From NCBI GenBank assembly GCA_965277805.1, contig OZ255842.1, positions 256,001 to 320,000 of the forward strand: 64,000 bases of DNA, written 5' to 3'. This DNA comes from Candidatus Lustribacter sp. Lineage in GTDB: Bacteria > Vulcanimicrobiota > Vulcanimicrobiia > Vulcanimicrobiales > Vulcanimicrobiaceae. Shown here piece by piece: positions 63,793 through 64,000 of this stretch. Position 1 is the first letter of the stretch. Every line of letters begins with the position of its first letter. The notes beneath the pieces were generated by a model. The model saw nothing but the letters and a program-made list of their open reading frames with translations. It had not been told where the DNA came from and searched no databases. Both the position numbers and the translations under genes were made by a program.

Positions 63793-63999
63793 TGTCATCC
63801 TGAGCGGAGCGCCGTAGGGCGCGCAGACGAAGGACGCGCCACGATGGTGCACTGAATGGCAGGGCAATGCTACAAATGTGCAAGATCGCGAATCCGCGGT
63901 GCGGCGCACTCCACGTTACAGGCGTTGCCCTGGCAGAATAATCGAGGTTGTGGCGCGTTCCTCGTCTGCGCGCCCTACGGCGCTTCGCTCGGAATGACA
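63793..63999. repeat. Palindromic repeat (REP/MITE-like), copy 2
   Basis: About 50-bp near-perfect terminal inverted arms (TGTCATCCTGAGCGGAGCGCCGTAGGGCGCGCAGACGA / TCGTCTGCGCGCCCTACGGCGCTTCGCTCGGAATGACA) plus an inner CAGGGCAA/TTGCCCTG stem. Confidence 0.88.
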
Positions 64000-64000
64000 G

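Noticed and set aside
52439-63999. Repeats as a CRISPR array or an IS-bounded composite transposon
   Set aside because: There are only two dispersed self-palindromic copies, with no repeat-spacer periodicity, no cas or transposase gene and no evident target duplication.

Overview
GC-rich, densely coding bacterial DNA with about 68 CDS. I see no rRNA, tRNA, CRISPR array or transposase. The window is dominated by small-molecule uptake and catabolism. It holds 12 solute-binding proteins (7 NMT1/SsuA-type, 4 LivJ-type, 1 TAXI-like) but no ABC permease or ATPase. It also encodes two Rieske oxygenase alpha subunits, several amidohydrolases and SDRs, three atypical M24-fold proteins, hydantoinase A/B, two heme-oxygenase-like (CADD/PqqC) proteins and TldD/TldE. 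The gene style resembles soil Candidatus Eremiobacterota, but this is an unverified impression. Most notable observations: (1) a translationally coupled pair of 3-hydroxyanthranilate-dioxygenase-like paralogs (27088-28301) with swapped cupin motif order, one apparently non-catalytic, inside a putative uncharacterised aromatic/N-heterocycle catabolic island; (2) an operon joining a signal-less TAXI-like protein, a ligand-altered heme-oxygenase-like protein, an SDR, an enolase-superfamily enzyme and a beta-propeller; (3) three genes whose conserved N-termini have no canonical start codon (ATC, ACG, and ATA or a frameshift); (4) an internally deleted amidohydrolase pseudogene; (5) two GTCAT...ATGAC palindromic repeat elements; (6) several operator-like palindromes and leaderless-type promoters. 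All family calls come from motif recognition by eye; no searches were run.
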